From: Vicugna vicugna
Taxonomy: Eukaryota
Length of the DNA stretch: 64,000 nucleotides
Assembly: GCA_013265495.1 (NCBI GenBank)
Contig: MU058584.1
Span: forward strand, 4,160,508 to 4,224,507
Reading direction: 5' to 3'
The position numbers and the translations under genes are program-made. This document shows positions 28,579 through 42,159 of this stretch, in pieces (position 1 is the stretch's first letter; each line of letters starts with the position of its first letter). Under the pieces are notes generated by a model. It made no database searches and was not told the DNA's origin. It was given only the letters and a program-made list of their open reading frames with translations.

Positions 28579-28830
28579 CTTGTCCTTCCCCAGGATAGAG
28601 CCGGGAGCCAGAGGCTGAGGCAGTTGTGGCTGGACGAAGAGGAGAAAAGGAGCCTCTGCCGGCTTTGCTCCGCTGCTGCCTCCTCAGGAAGTGGAGGACG
28701 ATGGGGCCTTTGAGAAGGCACCTGCCAACGGGGCCAAGAAACTCACCCCCCCTCTCGGTTCATAGGCAGGAAGCTCTGGAGGTTTGAGGGTTTGGGGTGT
28801 GTGTATGTGTGTGTGTGTGTGTCTTTCTGA
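28579..28830 (-). promoter_or_regulatory. CD247: CD247 5'UTR and TATA-less promoter with two ETS (Elf-1-type) sites
   Basis: CAGGAAGTG at 28685-28693 and CAGGAAG at 28767-28773. No upstream ATG in the leader. (TG)n at ~28795-28822. The human zeta promoter is known to depend on two Elf-1 sites. Confidence 0.75.
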
Positions 28831-29319
28831 ACTTTTGCTGCTTCTCTTATTTAACCGTTGTTTTGTTTTGTTTTTTCTAATTTTTGTCTCATTTTTCTCT
28901 AATTCCTATCTTGATCGTTGAAGTCAGTCCCCTAGACAGACATGAGTTCCCAGTGCCTGTAAGAACATCTGCCACTTTCCTAGATCCGTATATTTTATGG
29001 TGTTTGGTCAGATGACAGAGCTCTGGATTCAGAGTCAGGCAAAATGTGAAGACAGAATATTTGGGCGTTAGCGCCATCTCTGCTACCTACTTGCTGTGCA
29101 GCCTTGAGTAAGTCACTCAACAGCTCTCGACTTCAGCATCCTTACCTATAAGGCAAATTGCTAGAGTAGAGCTGAGGTTTTGGATCTGAATTTGGCCTGA
29201 ATTTGGACCATAGATTAGTTCAAGATAGTATAGATCATATAATACTTCAAATACTTTTGTGAGTTGTCAGCATTTAAACGTTGGACTCATTTATGATAAT
29301 AAAAAATGTAAATAACAGG

Positions 29320-32200
29320 AAATAAAGTTAATAGAAAGTGTAAGAATAGAAACTTTAAAACATTCCTTAAGAATACAGAAAGGACTTGGGTAAATGGAAA
29401 GGTGTATCCCGGTCTTTGTTATAAAGTGCCCTCTTAAGAAGACCCCGATTCTCCCTAAATTAATCAATCCATCCCTCTAAAGATGTCAACGAAAGTTTTA
29501 GAACAAGATAAGCTGGTTCCAAAGTTTACATGAAAAAATTCTTGTACACAAATAGGCAGGACACCAAAAGCATTAGCAAAGAAAAAAAATAGGTTAACTG
29601 GACTTCATCAGAATTTAAAACTTTTGTGCATAAAGGACACTATCAAGAAAGTGAAAAGACAATCCATAGAAAGGGAGAATTTTTTTTTTTTTTTTGCAGG
29701 GGGGGGAAATTAGGTGTATTTACTTTTTTTTTTTTTTTTTTTAACCCAGGACATCATGCATACTAGGCATGCACTTTACCACTGAGCTGTAACCTACCCA
29801 CTAGAAAGGGAGAAAATATTTGCAAATCATATACCTATAAGGGTCTAGTATTTAGAATATATAAATAACTCAACCAGGAAAAAAATTAAAAATCTTTCAA
29901 AGATCTGAATAGACATTTCTCCAAAGAAGATATGCTAATGGCCAATGAGCACATGAAAAGACGCTCAGTATCTTTGATCATTAGGGAAATGCAAATCAAA
30001 ATTACAATGAACTGTTACTTCACACACACTTAGGATGGCTAAAGTTTAAAAAGACAGACCAGTGTTAGTGAGGATGTGAAGAAATTGGAACTCCTGTACA
30101 TTGCTGCTGGGAATGCTGAATGGTGATGAAGCCCTTGTGGAAAATAGTGTGGCATTTCCCCAGAAAGTTAAATAGAATTATCATATGATGCAGCAATTCT
30201 ACTCCTAGGCATATACTCAAGAGAATTGAAAATGTGTCCATATAGAAACTTGTACTTGAATGTTTAGAGCAGCATTATTCATAGTAGCCCCAAACTGGAA
30301 ACCCTAATGTCCACCAACTGAGGAACAGGTAAACAAATGTGGTATATCCAAACAATGGAATATGATTCACCCCTAAAAAGGAAGGAAGCATCATTACATG
30401 TTGTAACATGGGTGAACCTTGGAAACAGTGTGCTAAGTGAAAGAAGCCAGACACAAAAGACCACATATATGATCCCGTTTATATGAAATGTCCAGACTTG
30501 GCCATAGAGACAAAAGTAGATTAGTAGTTTCAGAGGATAAGGAAAGAGGGAAATTGGGACTAACTCTTAGTAGGTACAAACTTGCTTTTGGGAATGATGG
30601 AAATGTTTTAGAATGAGCTAGTTGTGAAGATGTACAATATAGTGAATATACTAAAAACCACCAAAGTGTACACTTTAACATGGTAATTCTTAAGTGAATT
30701 AAATATCTTGATACAAAAATAATGCTAAAAAAGCAAAGAACAGCCAGGAAAACTCTATAAAAGAGTAAGGAGAGTGAAATCGCCCTGCCAAACACTGAAC
30801 ATTACAAAGTGATATGATTACCATATAGTACTCGTGATACTATAAACTCAAACATATGGTCACTAGTTTTTTGATAAAAGTGCAAAGAAAATTCAATGGA
30901 CAACCAACTGGGTAACCTTATGGGGAAAAAATTAATCCTTATTTTACACCATACACAAAAATTAATTAAAATAATTCATAGGCCTGTATGTAAAAAGTAA
31001 AAACCATAAAACTTCCGGAAAAAATAGGAGAAAAATCTTTATGGTAGAACACAGAAAGCACAAAGTGTAAGAGAAAAATAATTGATAAAATAATTCATAA
31101 AATTAAAAACTTTGTTCATTGAAAAACACCATTAAGAAAATGAAAAAGCAAGCCAGAGACTGGGAGAAATTATTTGCAAACACATAAAGCAGACAGAGGA
31201 CTTATACCCAACATATATAAAGAGCTCTTTCAACTCAATAAGATTATTAACTCAGTAAGAAAATGAATAAAACATTTGAATAGAAAATTACCCAGAGAAG
31301 ATAAATGAATGGTTAGTAAGCACATAAAAAGATGCTAAACATCACTAATAATTAAAGAAGTACAAATTAAAACACAATGAGATATCACTACACACTTATT
31401 AATACAGCTAAATTTAAACAATTGGCCATATAAAGTGTTGACAAGGATATGGAGGAACTGGAACTCTCATACATTGATAGTGGAAATGTACAATGATAAA
31501 ACTTTGGAAAACAGTTTGGCAGTTTATTAAAAAGTTAAACATACAGCTACCATACGATCCAGCCACTATACTCTTAGGTGTCTACCCAAGAGAAAAGGAA
31601 ATACATGTCCTAACTTGTATGTGAATCTTCTTAGCAGCTTTATTTGTAATAGCCCAAAACTGGAAACCACCCAGATTCCATCAATAGATGTAAGGATAAA
31701 CAAATTATGGTATATCCATATTATTGAAATTACACTCAATAATAAAAATGACTAAACTGCTAGTAATACAACAACATTGTTGAATCTTAAAATTATACTG
31801 AGTGAAAGAAACCAGGTAACAAGTACATATTGAAAGATTTCATTTATATAAAATTCTAGCACTGTGACAAAGGGCTTAGTTCCTTTATCCATAAGGAGCT
31901 CCTAAACATTGTTCAATTACAACAAATAGTTTTGGGTGCCTATCATGTGCCAACCACTGTGCTAAATGCTAAAGATACAGCTGGGAGGGAAACAAAGAAT
32001 CCTCATCCTCATGAAATTTTCAGGCCTGCAGAAGTCTAAAAACACATTAGAAAATGAGAAAAGAACTTGAACAGAAAATTCATGGAAAAGGAAGTAGTAA
32101 ATGGCTTTTAAGTGAATGAAAAATGCTCAGTATCACTCATAATAAGATAAATCAAAATTAAAACTACAATGAATACACTTTTTTTAACCTATCATATTGG
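29320..32200 (+). mobile_element. Cluster of nested old L1 (L1M) ORF2/3' fragments upstream of CD247
   Basis: A-rich. GAATAGACATTTCTCCAAAGAAGATAT, ATTAGGGAAATGCAAATCAAA, CAGCAATTCTACTCCTAGG and TGCTAAGTGAAAGAAGCCAG motifs occur in two successive copies. Confidence 0.85.
29680..29801 (-). mobile_element. Camelid SINE inserted into L1
   Basis: Antisense ACCACTGAGCT/AACCCAGGAC with poly-T; TSD TAGAAAGGGAGAA at 29667-29679 and 29802-29814. Confidence 0.85.
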
Positions 32201-32359
32201 TATCAACCACTTCACTGGGTTCCATCCTCTCTTGCCTCCCAAGGACATTATTCCAGAAATTTTCTCCCCTTGCATAATAGTTTTTTCTTCTAAATTGAAT
32301 CATTCTTGTCAGTATACAAGTATGTTATTTCTCCCATCTTTAAAAAACCCTTAAAGATT

Positions 32360-32703
32360 TGAAAAAACATTTGCATTCTGGAGCTTGCCATAGTTCTCGC
32401 AGCTTTGGGAATCCACTAAGCTAATCCAGGCTTCTCCATGGGAAGAAGAATTAGCCTGACACAGATACATGACTCAGCGGACAGCCAGCACTAAATTCCA
32501 GGTAAGTGAGCAAAGCTATCTTAGATCATCCAGTCACAACACAGCCACCAGAGGACTGCAGCCATATGAATGAGCCCAGGTTAGGCTAGAGCACCGCTTA
32601 ACTGAGCCCAGCCTAAGTTGCTGGCCCACAACAACACCTGAAACAATTGTTCTACGTCACTAAACTTGGGATGGATGTTACACAGTGGTAGATAACAGAA
32701 ACA
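32360..32703 (+). mobile_element. MaLR MLT1 LTR fragment
   Basis: GAGCCCAGCCTAAGTTGCTGGCCCACA...CACTAAACTTGGGATGGATGTTACACAGTGGTAGATAACAGAAACA is an MLT1 3' end. Confidence 0.6.
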
Positions 32704-33599
32704 CTCAGTGTCCCTATACCAGTCTCAGGAAACGATCTCATTGGTTCAGCCTGGGGCTTATGCTTACCTCTTGGATCAACCATTGTTTCCAGGGGGACAA
32801 GACAAGATTGGAGATGGGACACTAGGATTAACAGTCCTACCAGAATCATTTGTTATGGAAGAAAGAAAGGGAAAGGATTCAGGGCATATATAAAACAGTA
32901 GCTGCCCACTGCTGCCAGCCTTGCTCTGGTGAGTGCAGTGGAAGGGGGACGGGGACCCAGAACTAGGCCCACACTTTGCAGAGGACACAGGGACGGGAGC
33001 TGAGGGAAGGTCCAGGTAGAACATGATGACCAGCAGCTGTGAGTTCCTAGTGGGAAAGCTCTGGCTATTCCTCATGAGTGAATCTTTAGCTCCCAGTACA
33101 TTGTGGATGGATGTGTGAGTAGATGAATGGATGGATGGTGACATCAGGGATGGCAGGAAATCCAACACTGAGGAGGAGGCTGCCTCAGCTGTTGAGAAAG
33201 ACACAGCAAGGGAAATCCAGACACTGCTAAATGGAGCAATTCCAAGCCTCCTGATCACCAGAAAAAGAAGCACAAAAAAGAGGTTTGACTTCTGTCCTTT
33301 GGGGTTTCTAGAGGCAGTCACTCCCAAGCTTTCTCTGATGAGGGACCACTTCTCCAGGGTTTGGGGACTCAATGTTCATATACTCTTCAGCTGACTGGTC
33401 TCAGACTGACAAGCAGCTGTTTCCTGAGGGGTCTCTGTTGGAGCAGAAATGGCCAGCAGTCCCTGCAGGACCCCACCCAAACAGCTCAGTGGGGCTTGTC
33501 TTTGCAGCCTCACCATGCTGCACCCAGAACTTAATTATCTTATAACTGTGAGTTTGTACCCTTTACCAAAATCTTCCTGGACGTTCGTGGGTTGGCTGG

Positions 33600-34320
33600 G
33601 AGGACCTGCAGGCAAGGCATCCCCCATGGTTCATGGTCTGGCTTCTTGATGGTGCCCACAACTCACTTAGTAGGTTCCACATCACTTTAATGGCCCCAAA
33701 GAGTCCTATCTGCCACTCGCCCAGTCTTTTCCTGGCCCCCAGTCATGGAACGAGAGAGAAAATAAACCTCTTTAGCAGCATCCCACACAGCTGGGGAAGC
33801 CGGGTGCTCACTCACACGGTCTCACTTTGCCCTGTAGAAGAAATCACAGGGCTGAGAAAATGTCTCTTATCCCTCAGCTGTGCCAACTCTGGGGAGGAAT
33901 GATGCAAGTAAATTAAAGCTGTTCCTCTTAACCACTCCAGTGCATCCAAACTCTTTCTGTTGTTTTGTTGTTGTTGTTTTAGCAGAGTGCTGGACTTCTC
34001 CTCTGGAACCTGGACTTCCACAGGGGCTCTCTTGCCTATGGGTGATTGTCGGAGATAGCATTTTCCAGGAGCTCCCAGATCATAGCTAAGAGGGACTAGA
34101 GCCAATTCTGGGCCACCGTAGGGCCCACAGCTGGGACTGAGGTCTGGATGCCTATCACCCAACGCATGTGTGAGCAAGACTCCTCCCGGGTCCCTTGGTG
34201 TATGGTGCTGAGTCTCACAGCTCCCACAAAGGCACTTCTGTCCATGGATGGATGTCAAATTTTTGTTGTTGAGGGTGGAACATGAACAAGGGACATCTTA
34301 CTCAGCTATGCTGAGTATGC
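33600..34320 (-). mobile_element. Probable old L1 5'-region fragment
   Basis: Antisense features typical of L1M 5'UTRs (CCACTCCAGTGCATCCAAACT; GACATCTTACTCAGCTATGCTG end). Confidence 0.45.
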
Positions 34321-34614
34321 TGTCATTCCATCAATTTTGCTTTAAAGAACCAACCATTCTCCCTTGGTTACAGTCTTGATGAGCCAATCAGCTGCTTTCT
34401 CCCTGTAATTTAAATCATGGGAGAGTGAAAAAAAGACCTGGAAACATCCCCTGTTTATTTCTCCTGCTTGGGACCCAGCCCGGGAGCTGTTCATGCTTTG
34501 TGGCTCTATGAGCAAATGTCCCAGTACGCTTCCTTTTTGCTCAGGTTATGCAGAGTTGGTTTCTGTTGCTTGTAACCAAATGATTCTAACTCATACATTG
34601 GGATTTTTGAAAGT

Positions 34615-35200
34615 TGTATTAGCTTTCTATTGCTTCATAACAGAGTATCACAAACTTTGTGACTTAAAACAACACAAATTTATTATCTCACAGTAATGTA
34701 GGTCAGAAATTCAGGCACAGCATAAGTGGGTTCTCTGCTCAGGGTCTTATGAGGCTGGAATCAAGGTGTCGGCTGGGACTGCAGTTCTCATCTGAAGCTC
34801 ATGATCTTCTTCCAAGGTCACTGGTTGTTGACAAACCTATTTCCTTACAAATATAGGACTAGGTCTCTATTTTGCTGCTAATAATTGACCAAGGACTGTC
34901 TCAGATCCTAGGGAACACTTGCATTTCCTTACCACGTGGCCCTCATAAGCAGTTCACAACATGGATGTTTGCTTGCTCCCAGACCAACCAGAGCACATCC
35001 CTCTGACTTCTTCTGCAATCAGCTTGAGAAAACTCTGCTTTTAAAGGGCTCTCCTGATTGGCCATAATTTAATCGCATAATTTAATCACAGGAGTGATAC
35101 CTCATTATAGTCGCAGGTCCTTCCCATAGTCACAGAGATGATACAGGGCATATACACCAGTGTGGAACTCTTGGAGCCGTCTTATGCTCCTGTCTCCCAC
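34615..35200 (-). mobile_element. MaLR MLT1 LTR
   Basis: TGTATTAGCTTTCTATTGCT...AAAACAACACAAATTTATTATCTCACAG...AATCAAGGTGTCGGCTGGG is the characteristic antisense MLT1 pattern. Confidence 0.75.
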
Positions 35201-36779
35201 AGAAGTGTTATTGGAAAAGATGCTCCTTCCTTTTCCCTTTGTGAGGATTGGGTATCTGTCTTTCTCACCTGATGGAGGAAGCTTGCCTGGGAATGAAGCC
35301 AACCCAGAGGAGAGCAGAGCAAGAGATGTATAAAGACAGGTTGACAACTCACTGCATCCATTGAGAACCTGGATCACGCCATACCGAAAGGCCTGTCCAT
35401 GGGCTTTTCCGTTTCTTAAGCCAATAACTTTTTTCTTAAGCTATCTGACTGATTCTGTACCTTGAAATTGAAATGGCCTGGAATATCAGAGGTGCTGAAA
35501 ATGCAGAGCCATTGAAGACATGCTTGTGAACTTCACAATTTTGCCTGGGTCTACTTTGTGGGGATTTTACCTAAGGGGCCCTTCTCCTCAAAATATTATT
35601 CATCTTTAAGGAAATTAAGTCACACAATTTTCTTTACTGAGACTTTAAGGAGGAAAGGCATGCCTAATGACCAAACATGAGAAAGAAATAAATGAAACGA
35701 CTGCAAAGATAGATTTTAAAAATAGCAAGAGATAGCAAAAAAAAAAAAAAAAAGTTGGGGTGTGGGTAAAATTAAAGAGATATTACCAAGGATGAGACAA
35801 GTTATAACCTACTAAATATTGCTGTTGATGGTCAAAGAGCTTCCCCTGGAAAAAGAACTTTTTCTGCTTTGAGGAAGCCTTACACTTGTGCCACTTTCAC
35901 ACATGTTTTCATATTTAATCTTCATGATGACTCAGTAAGGTGGTCAATCCTGACATACAGATGCTGTGTGCAAAATCTTTCTGGTAATGGGTGTGGGGGT
36001 CCCAGTCTCTGTGGGGAGGGTAGGAGACAGAGAGGAGTTGATAGCAGGAAGGGGAGGCCCCATGTCCCAGAGCAGGGCCCATGTTTTTCCTCTTTGGGAT
36101 CTGCAGCTCTCGAGCACCAGGTCAGAACTTAGGGCACCTGCCTCATATTTGTTATGAACACGTGGTTCCTGGTGGAGGGGATGAGTTAAGCTTCAGAAGT
36201 TGTATAAAGTCTGTTCCTGGGCATTGGAGGAAAAGCAAAATCACCTTCCAAAATGAGCCATCTTCTAACCATGAGATGCTAGGGCACCCGTGAGCCTGGC
36301 TTACCTCTTCATGCTAAGCAGTGGATCTTCTCAAGTTCCTTGCCTCTGCCATGGCTTAGCCCTACTTCTGACTCTACCAAACCGTCAGCCCTCAGTGTGG
36401 CACCACAATGAGCTGCTGCTTTGGGAATGCATAGACCTAGGATTGGCTCCCAGCTTTGTCCTTAATTTGCTGTGTGACCTTGAACAAATCACTTTCCCTC
36501 TCTGGGTCTTGGTGTCTTCAGCCATAAGATGAAGGGGCTGCATTTTTAGGTGGATTTTTCACTACTTGAGAGTGAAAAACATCCTGAGAAATAAACAGAG
36601 ATATTGTGGACTCCTCTGTCAGAAAAGCAGCTCTTGGACGGCTACCACAAGAGCTGGTACAGTGCCTTGCATATACTTGAAGCTCAGTAAATATTTGTCA
36701 CATAGGAAGTGGTCTTTATTGTATTTGTAATTAAAGCATGAAAAAATAAAGTGCATTTTTTCTTTTAAAAAAGAGATGA

Positions 36780-37255
36780 AAGGCAATGGAATATTACTCA
36801 GCCATAAAAAAGAATAAAATAATGCCCTTTGCAGTAACAAGGACTGATCTAGAGACTATCACACTAAGTGAAGTGAGTCAGACAGGAAAAGACAAATACA
36901 ATGTGATATCACTTATATGTGGAATCTAAAAAATGATAACAAGTGAACTCATTTACAAAACAGAAATAGACTCACAGAGAAAACAAATTTATGGTTACCA
37001 AAGGGGAAAGGGAGGAGGGATAAATTAGGAGTTTGGGATTAATAGATACACATTACTATACATAAAACAGATAAATAAGGATCTACTGTATAGCACAGGG
37101 AACTATATTCAATATCTTATAAAACTTGTAACAGAAAAGAATCTGAAAAAGTCTGTCTGTCTATCTATCTAACTGAATTATTTTGCTGTACACCTCAAAC
37201 TAACACAACATTGTAAATCAATTATAATTCAATTTAAGAAAAAAGAAGAAAAGAA
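36780..37255 (+). mobile_element. L1 3' end (artiodactyl-type) with A-rich tail
   Basis: CAATGGAATATTACTCAGCCATAAAAAAGAA...CTACTGTATAGCACAGGGAACTATATTCAATATCTT...ACATTGTAAATCAA + A tail. Confidence 0.85.
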
Positions 37256-37881
37256 AGAGAGATGAAAGGGCTGACCCAGAAGGCCCCCAAGCTATCTTCT
37301 ATCCAGAAATTATATATCGGTTTAATTATTCCTGCCTCTCCAGCGCCCTCTTCCTTTTCAGCCCTGCCAGCTGCTGTCACCCTCCAGGGTGGGGCACAGG
37401 GTCATACGTGCTGCCCTGAGCACATCTTGAGAGCTGCGATCCTGCAGCTCCTTGATGGTCCGCCACACAGACCAAGGGAGCAGGCCCAGTGACCAGGCTT
37501 CTATATGGGGGCCTGGCTGTTGTTTTTCAGGGCTTGGCCCCCGCTGATTGTGCTGGAGATGCTTTGACTTCATGCAGATCACATTTATGTCATTTGCAAA
37601 GAGGAAGGACCAACTGAGTTTGTGTGGAGCGGAGTCAGCTGGCTGGCTCAAGGTCCTCTCTGAAGCCAGCCTGGCCCTTGAGGACTCCCACCCCAAACAG
37701 GCCTGTGTCCTCTTGTCCCAGAAACAAGCCTGAAAGGGGCCCACCTCTGGGGACTGCTGGCAAGGGACAAGTAGGTCCTGGCATTAGACCTTTAAAGTCC
37801 CTTAGGATGGCCACCAGCTTAAGGGGAAGGAAAGGTAGTTATAAGACAGGCGAGGGGAGGTAGGGTGTGGGATAGGGGGCA

Positions 37882-38010
37882 GGGAGAGGAAGGTATAGCT
37901 CAGTGGTAGAGCACATGCTTGGCGTGCACGAGGTCCTGAGTTCCATCCCCAGTACTTCCATTAAAATACAAACAAACAAATAAACCTAATTACCCCCTCC
38001 CAAAAAAAGA
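37882..38010 (+). mobile_element. Camelid tRNA-Ala-derived SINE
   Basis: GGTATAGCTCAGTGGTAGAGCACATGCTT...CCCCAGTACTTCCA...AAACCTAATTACC. Confidence 0.85.
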
Positions 38011-39024
38011 CCAAGGGGGCCCTGAATTCCAGTGATGCAGCTGGCCTGGCCCTAGATGGGAGGATTAAAGAGGATTTTCCTCCTCTGGGCAGACCCTCCC
38101 CGGGCAGTTCAAGGCAGCTGTCGTGTCAAACTACGTTTTCCGGGCTCTTTCCGCAGCTGGCGCGTGGGGCCTGACCTCTGACCACGTTTCACCACGAGGC
38201 CCCATAGCTTCCCACCCCTGCTCTGCTCCCACATGATACATGCCAGCACACGACAGGGGTGTGTGTCCCCCAAGGCCCAGGGGAGACCAGTGACTGACAC
38301 ACGACAGGGATGACCTTCCTGCAGTGTTATTACTGAGAAAATGCCTGGTCCTTTGGTCCTTTACAGAGCATCCCTGTCGTGGGTGGCCTCGGGCTGTCCC
38401 ACACGGTGATGGAGACTAATGCTAACTAACTAACTCCTCCCCCATCCTAGGCATCATCCCTGACTTACCTAAGAGGGGACCCTTTTGCAGAGCTTTTGCC
38501 TAAGGCCACCTGGCTAAGTGGTTGAGCTGGGATTTGAAAGCAGCCACCTGGCTTCGGAGCGCACACTCTCTCCTATACCCCCACTGCCTGCCTCAAAGAC
38601 GTCAGTGCACTACCCATGAAAGCCTGGGGTTTTCTCACACACGGCCCTTGTCTTTTTTTTTTTTTTTTTTTCTACAAATACAAATGGCAAAGACCCATAA
38701 TGTCGCCAGTAGCTGAGGGGTCATGGATTCTTGGGGACAGAGCTAGACTTAAGGACCAGGTCTGCCAGGCAACTGTATGAACTCACCCAAGCTAACCATC
38801 CGGGGACTCCAGCCTCTCCCTGAAGTAAGGAAAATAACGTGTGTGCCACCTGCTACTTGGGTTTGCTGCAAGGATTAGATAAAATGCTGGATGTGAAGCT
38901 GTTTTCTACAATTAAATCCTATGACAATCATAATTTCCTTTTTGAGAAAACTCAACCTGTAGTTACCAACTGATATTTGAAACAAAGAAAAGCAATGCAA
39001 CTAGTGCTTATTGAGATTTTAAAA

Positions 39025-39115
39025 AATTAATTAATTTATTTTTAATGGAGGTACTGAACCCAGGACCTTATGTATGCTAAGCATGTGCTCTACCACTGAG
39101 CTATTTCTTTTCCCT
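39025..39115 (-). mobile_element. Camelid tRNA-Ala-derived SINE
   Basis: TGGAGGTACTGAACCCAGGACC...GCTAAGCATGTGCTCTACCACTGAGCTA. Confidence 0.85.
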
Positions 39116-40424
39116 CTACTGAGATTATTAATGTCCAACGTGACCACTACCTAAGAATTGCCAATTAAAAGAACACAATACGATTTTTACCTGGAAATTC
39201 AGTGCAGAATAAACATTTTCAGACACTGCTGGCAGGACTGTTCATTGGTATAAATTCTTAAGAGCAATGGGTAACAGGTACCACCAGCTTTTGGCTTGGG
39301 AATTCCACTGCTGGGAACTCTCTAAGGAAACAAACAGAGATGCAGAAAATCCTTCATGCATAAAGAGTTCTCTCTTAACAGGGAAAAAAAAACAGAAGTA
39401 ACTTAAATGTTCAGACACTGGAGAAAATGGTAACAGCCCTTCGCTTTGGCCTGTCCGGTCTCCTTTCAGTTAACAAGACTTTTTTCCTTTCAGGAGCTTT
39501 ACTTCAAAATTCTCCTGGTCCCTGTGATTCTGATGGGGGCTGAGCTGAAGCCCCAGTTGCAGGGAAAGACACAGGATGGAGGATCGGCTAATGACGGAAC
39601 CCGATTCCCAGACACAGGGATTATTCTGGAATGGTCCTCCTTGCCCTCGTTGCTCTAAGATTGCTGATTGCCATTAAAACCAACACAGAGGAGCCAGGAG
39701 ATCAAGACGGAGTCCTGAAGGAATATTTTCAGGTCAATGAACTCCTCTTTTCACTTAAACTACTTTGACTAGGGTTTCTGTCACTAGCAAGAGAGTGCTG
39801 ATACAGACCATTATTTGGTAGCCAAAGTAGATCTGATGAAGTATTTGCAGCCATTCTAAGCCATCCTTATGGTTTCTAGCAACATAACAAGATTATGATT
39901 AAGTGAAAGAGGCATGACACACAATCAATGTGCAGCATGACCTTGATTATATTTAAACATTTCATGGAAGCAAAGATTAGAAGCAAACACATCAAAATAT
40001 TAGCAGCCATGCCAGCTGGTGAGATTGTGAATTTGCAAACTTTTACCTTGTGTATTTATCACACAAAGATATCTATCTTACAATTAATAGTAAGGGGGAA
40101 AAAATGAAGAAAAAGATACAGTTTTACTGGCTGATTTACACCTGTCTCAATTCTAAAGAGGACCTAAGTTGTCATTGTCTCCTCAGATGAAAATACATAG
40201 AGCACCTGGTTTTTTGAAGTTGACAGTTTGGAATTTCCCTAAAAATATTGACCTACCAGCTTTATACAAAGCAGAGCGTTTTTTTCAGTACTAAAACTGA
40301 AAACATGCCCCCACTACAGGAAAGTAGAGGTTCCTCAATGACTTTGTGGTCTACAGTCTGAATATTACTAAGAAGAGAAACATGATCTGAACAACCTCCA
40401 GTCGAATATTCATACAGTGACGTT

Positions 40425-40595
40425 TCTTCCGTACAGCTCAGGGAACTCTATTCAATACCTTGTAGTAACCTATAATGAAAAAGAATATGAAAATGAATAT
40501 ATGTATGTGCATGTATGACTGAAACATTATGCTGTACACCAGAAATTGACACAACATTGTAAACCAACTATATTTCAGTAAAAAGAAAACAAAAA
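40425..40595 (+). mobile_element. 5'-truncated L1 3' end
   Basis: CAGGGAACTCTATTCAATACCTTGTAGTAACCTATAATGAAAAAGAATATGAAAA...CTGTACACCAGAAATTGACACAACATTGT. Confidence 0.8.
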
Positions 40596-41182
40596 CGAGA
40601 CTGTTTATGCACCGATTTCATTGAGCCCTGCCTGGTGTCTTAAAGGATTTTTCTCCACCTCACTACATACTTGCAAGGAATCTGTACCCGGACTAGAAGA
40701 CAGAATGAACCGTGACTACTGGCCACGGGGCCTTGACCAGCTGAGCACAGATCCAAGGCCAAGACATCTGCCAAGCACAGCCGCCTGGGCTCAGCAGTTT
40801 GGGGCTCCTCTTTCTAATTCTGATTTTCTCTTTTCTTGATTAGGGCCTGCCTTGCTTTTTGGGCCAAAGCCAGTCCCCATCCAAGACACTCGTCCCTCCT
40901 CTGGTTAAGGTCAGGGCTCTGTCCCGATTCTGCAGCCCGTCATGAAGCACACGACAAGGAGGGAGGGCGGGATACATCCATGAACTCCAATTGGCAGTGG
41001 CAGAAGACCAGGCCTCAGCTTCTCCTCTCGCCCTACTGGGCCGCCTTCAACCCGGTGTCATCGCATCGAGGCCATCCACCCCCACCCCAGCCCCCGGCGT
41101 CGTTCTCGGGGGCTTGATCAGATCTGTTGTGCAGTGGTCCACTCTTAGCCTCGGTTTTGCTTTCTGCTGATTCAGTTACCAG

Positions 41183-41635
41183 CAGTCGACCCCAGTCCTC
41201 ATATACTAAACGGAAATTTCCAGAAATAAACAATTCATAAGTTTTAAACTGTGTGTGCTGTTCTGAGCAGCATGATGAGGTCTTATACCATGAGTCCTCC
41301 CTTTGTTCTGCATAGCCACGCTGTATACACTACCTGTCACCTAGCAGTCGGCGGGGCTATCAGATCGACGGTCTTGGTGTCACAGTGCTAGGGTTCAGGT
41401 AACCCTTATTTTACATAATAATGGCCCCAAAACACAAGAGTAGTGGTGCTGGCAATTCAGGTTATTTCTTACTGTGCCTAATTTATAAATTAAACTTTAC
41501 TGTATGCATGTATAGGAAAAAACATAGTATATAATATATAGGTTTGGTATTATCAGGTTTCAGGCATCCACTGGGGGGGTGTGTCGGGGGGGTGGTCTTG
41601 GAACATATCCCTGCAGATGAGGGGGCGGACTGCTG
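41183..41635 (+). mobile_element. MER44/Tigger7-like DNA transposon
   Basis: TTCCAGAAATAAACAATTCATAAGTTTTAAA, TTTCAGGCATCCACTGGGGG and TTGGAACATATCCC motifs; degenerate TIRs CAGTCGACCCC...GGGGGCGGACTGCTG. Confidence 0.7.
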
Positions 41636-41670
41636 TGCAAGAAACTGGCACCTGCACAAAAAGTGGTCTA

Positions 41671-41689
41671 CAGCGCCCTCTGGTGGTCA
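41671..41689 (-). promoter_or_regulatory. CTCF motif downstream of the CREG1 3' end
   Basis: Minus strand TGACCACCAGAGGGCGCTG matches the CTCF core CCASYAGRKGGCRS. Confidence 0.75.
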
Positions 41690-42159
41690 GTTACAACATA
41701 ACAGGGGCACAATCGGCACATTTCAACTGCCAAGGAATCTGAAGCACCTGCTGAGAACAAGCTGTTAGTGCTTCTTTGTGATAATCGGATCTTATCTGAA
41801 CACGGATGTTTTTATATGGTATCAAATGATGAAGACAAAACTCACAATAAGTGTATGAAGGGAGTAATACAGATAGATACTCTCAACCTAATTCTATCAC
41901 AAGGTACCTTGGCACCCAAGACCCTGAGGGAAGAAGACCCGGGACAAAGACTGCATTCTGGCCATCCCCCAAATTCTAAGGCACAAGGAGATGTCTACCA
42001 GTGGGAAAGACTCAGATTATTCACCGTAAGCTCTGAAGCAGCCAGAAGTTCATTTAATAGCCCACTAAAATGAAAACACAGGAGAGTTTTGACTGTGGAC
42101 AATGAAACGAAACGTAATAAATGTTAACATCTATGTTTAAGAAAATAAATCCAACACAT

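Noticed and set aside
28036..28713. 225-aa + strand ORF antisense to CD247 exon 1
   Set aside because: No recognisable domain, weak start context and S/P/L-rich composition typical of a chance ORF in GC-rich promoter DNA.
32776..33372. 198-aa minus-strand ORF
   Set aside because: Non-ATG start, Ser-rich, overlaps degenerate repeat (TGGA-rich, L2-like) sequence; no known family.
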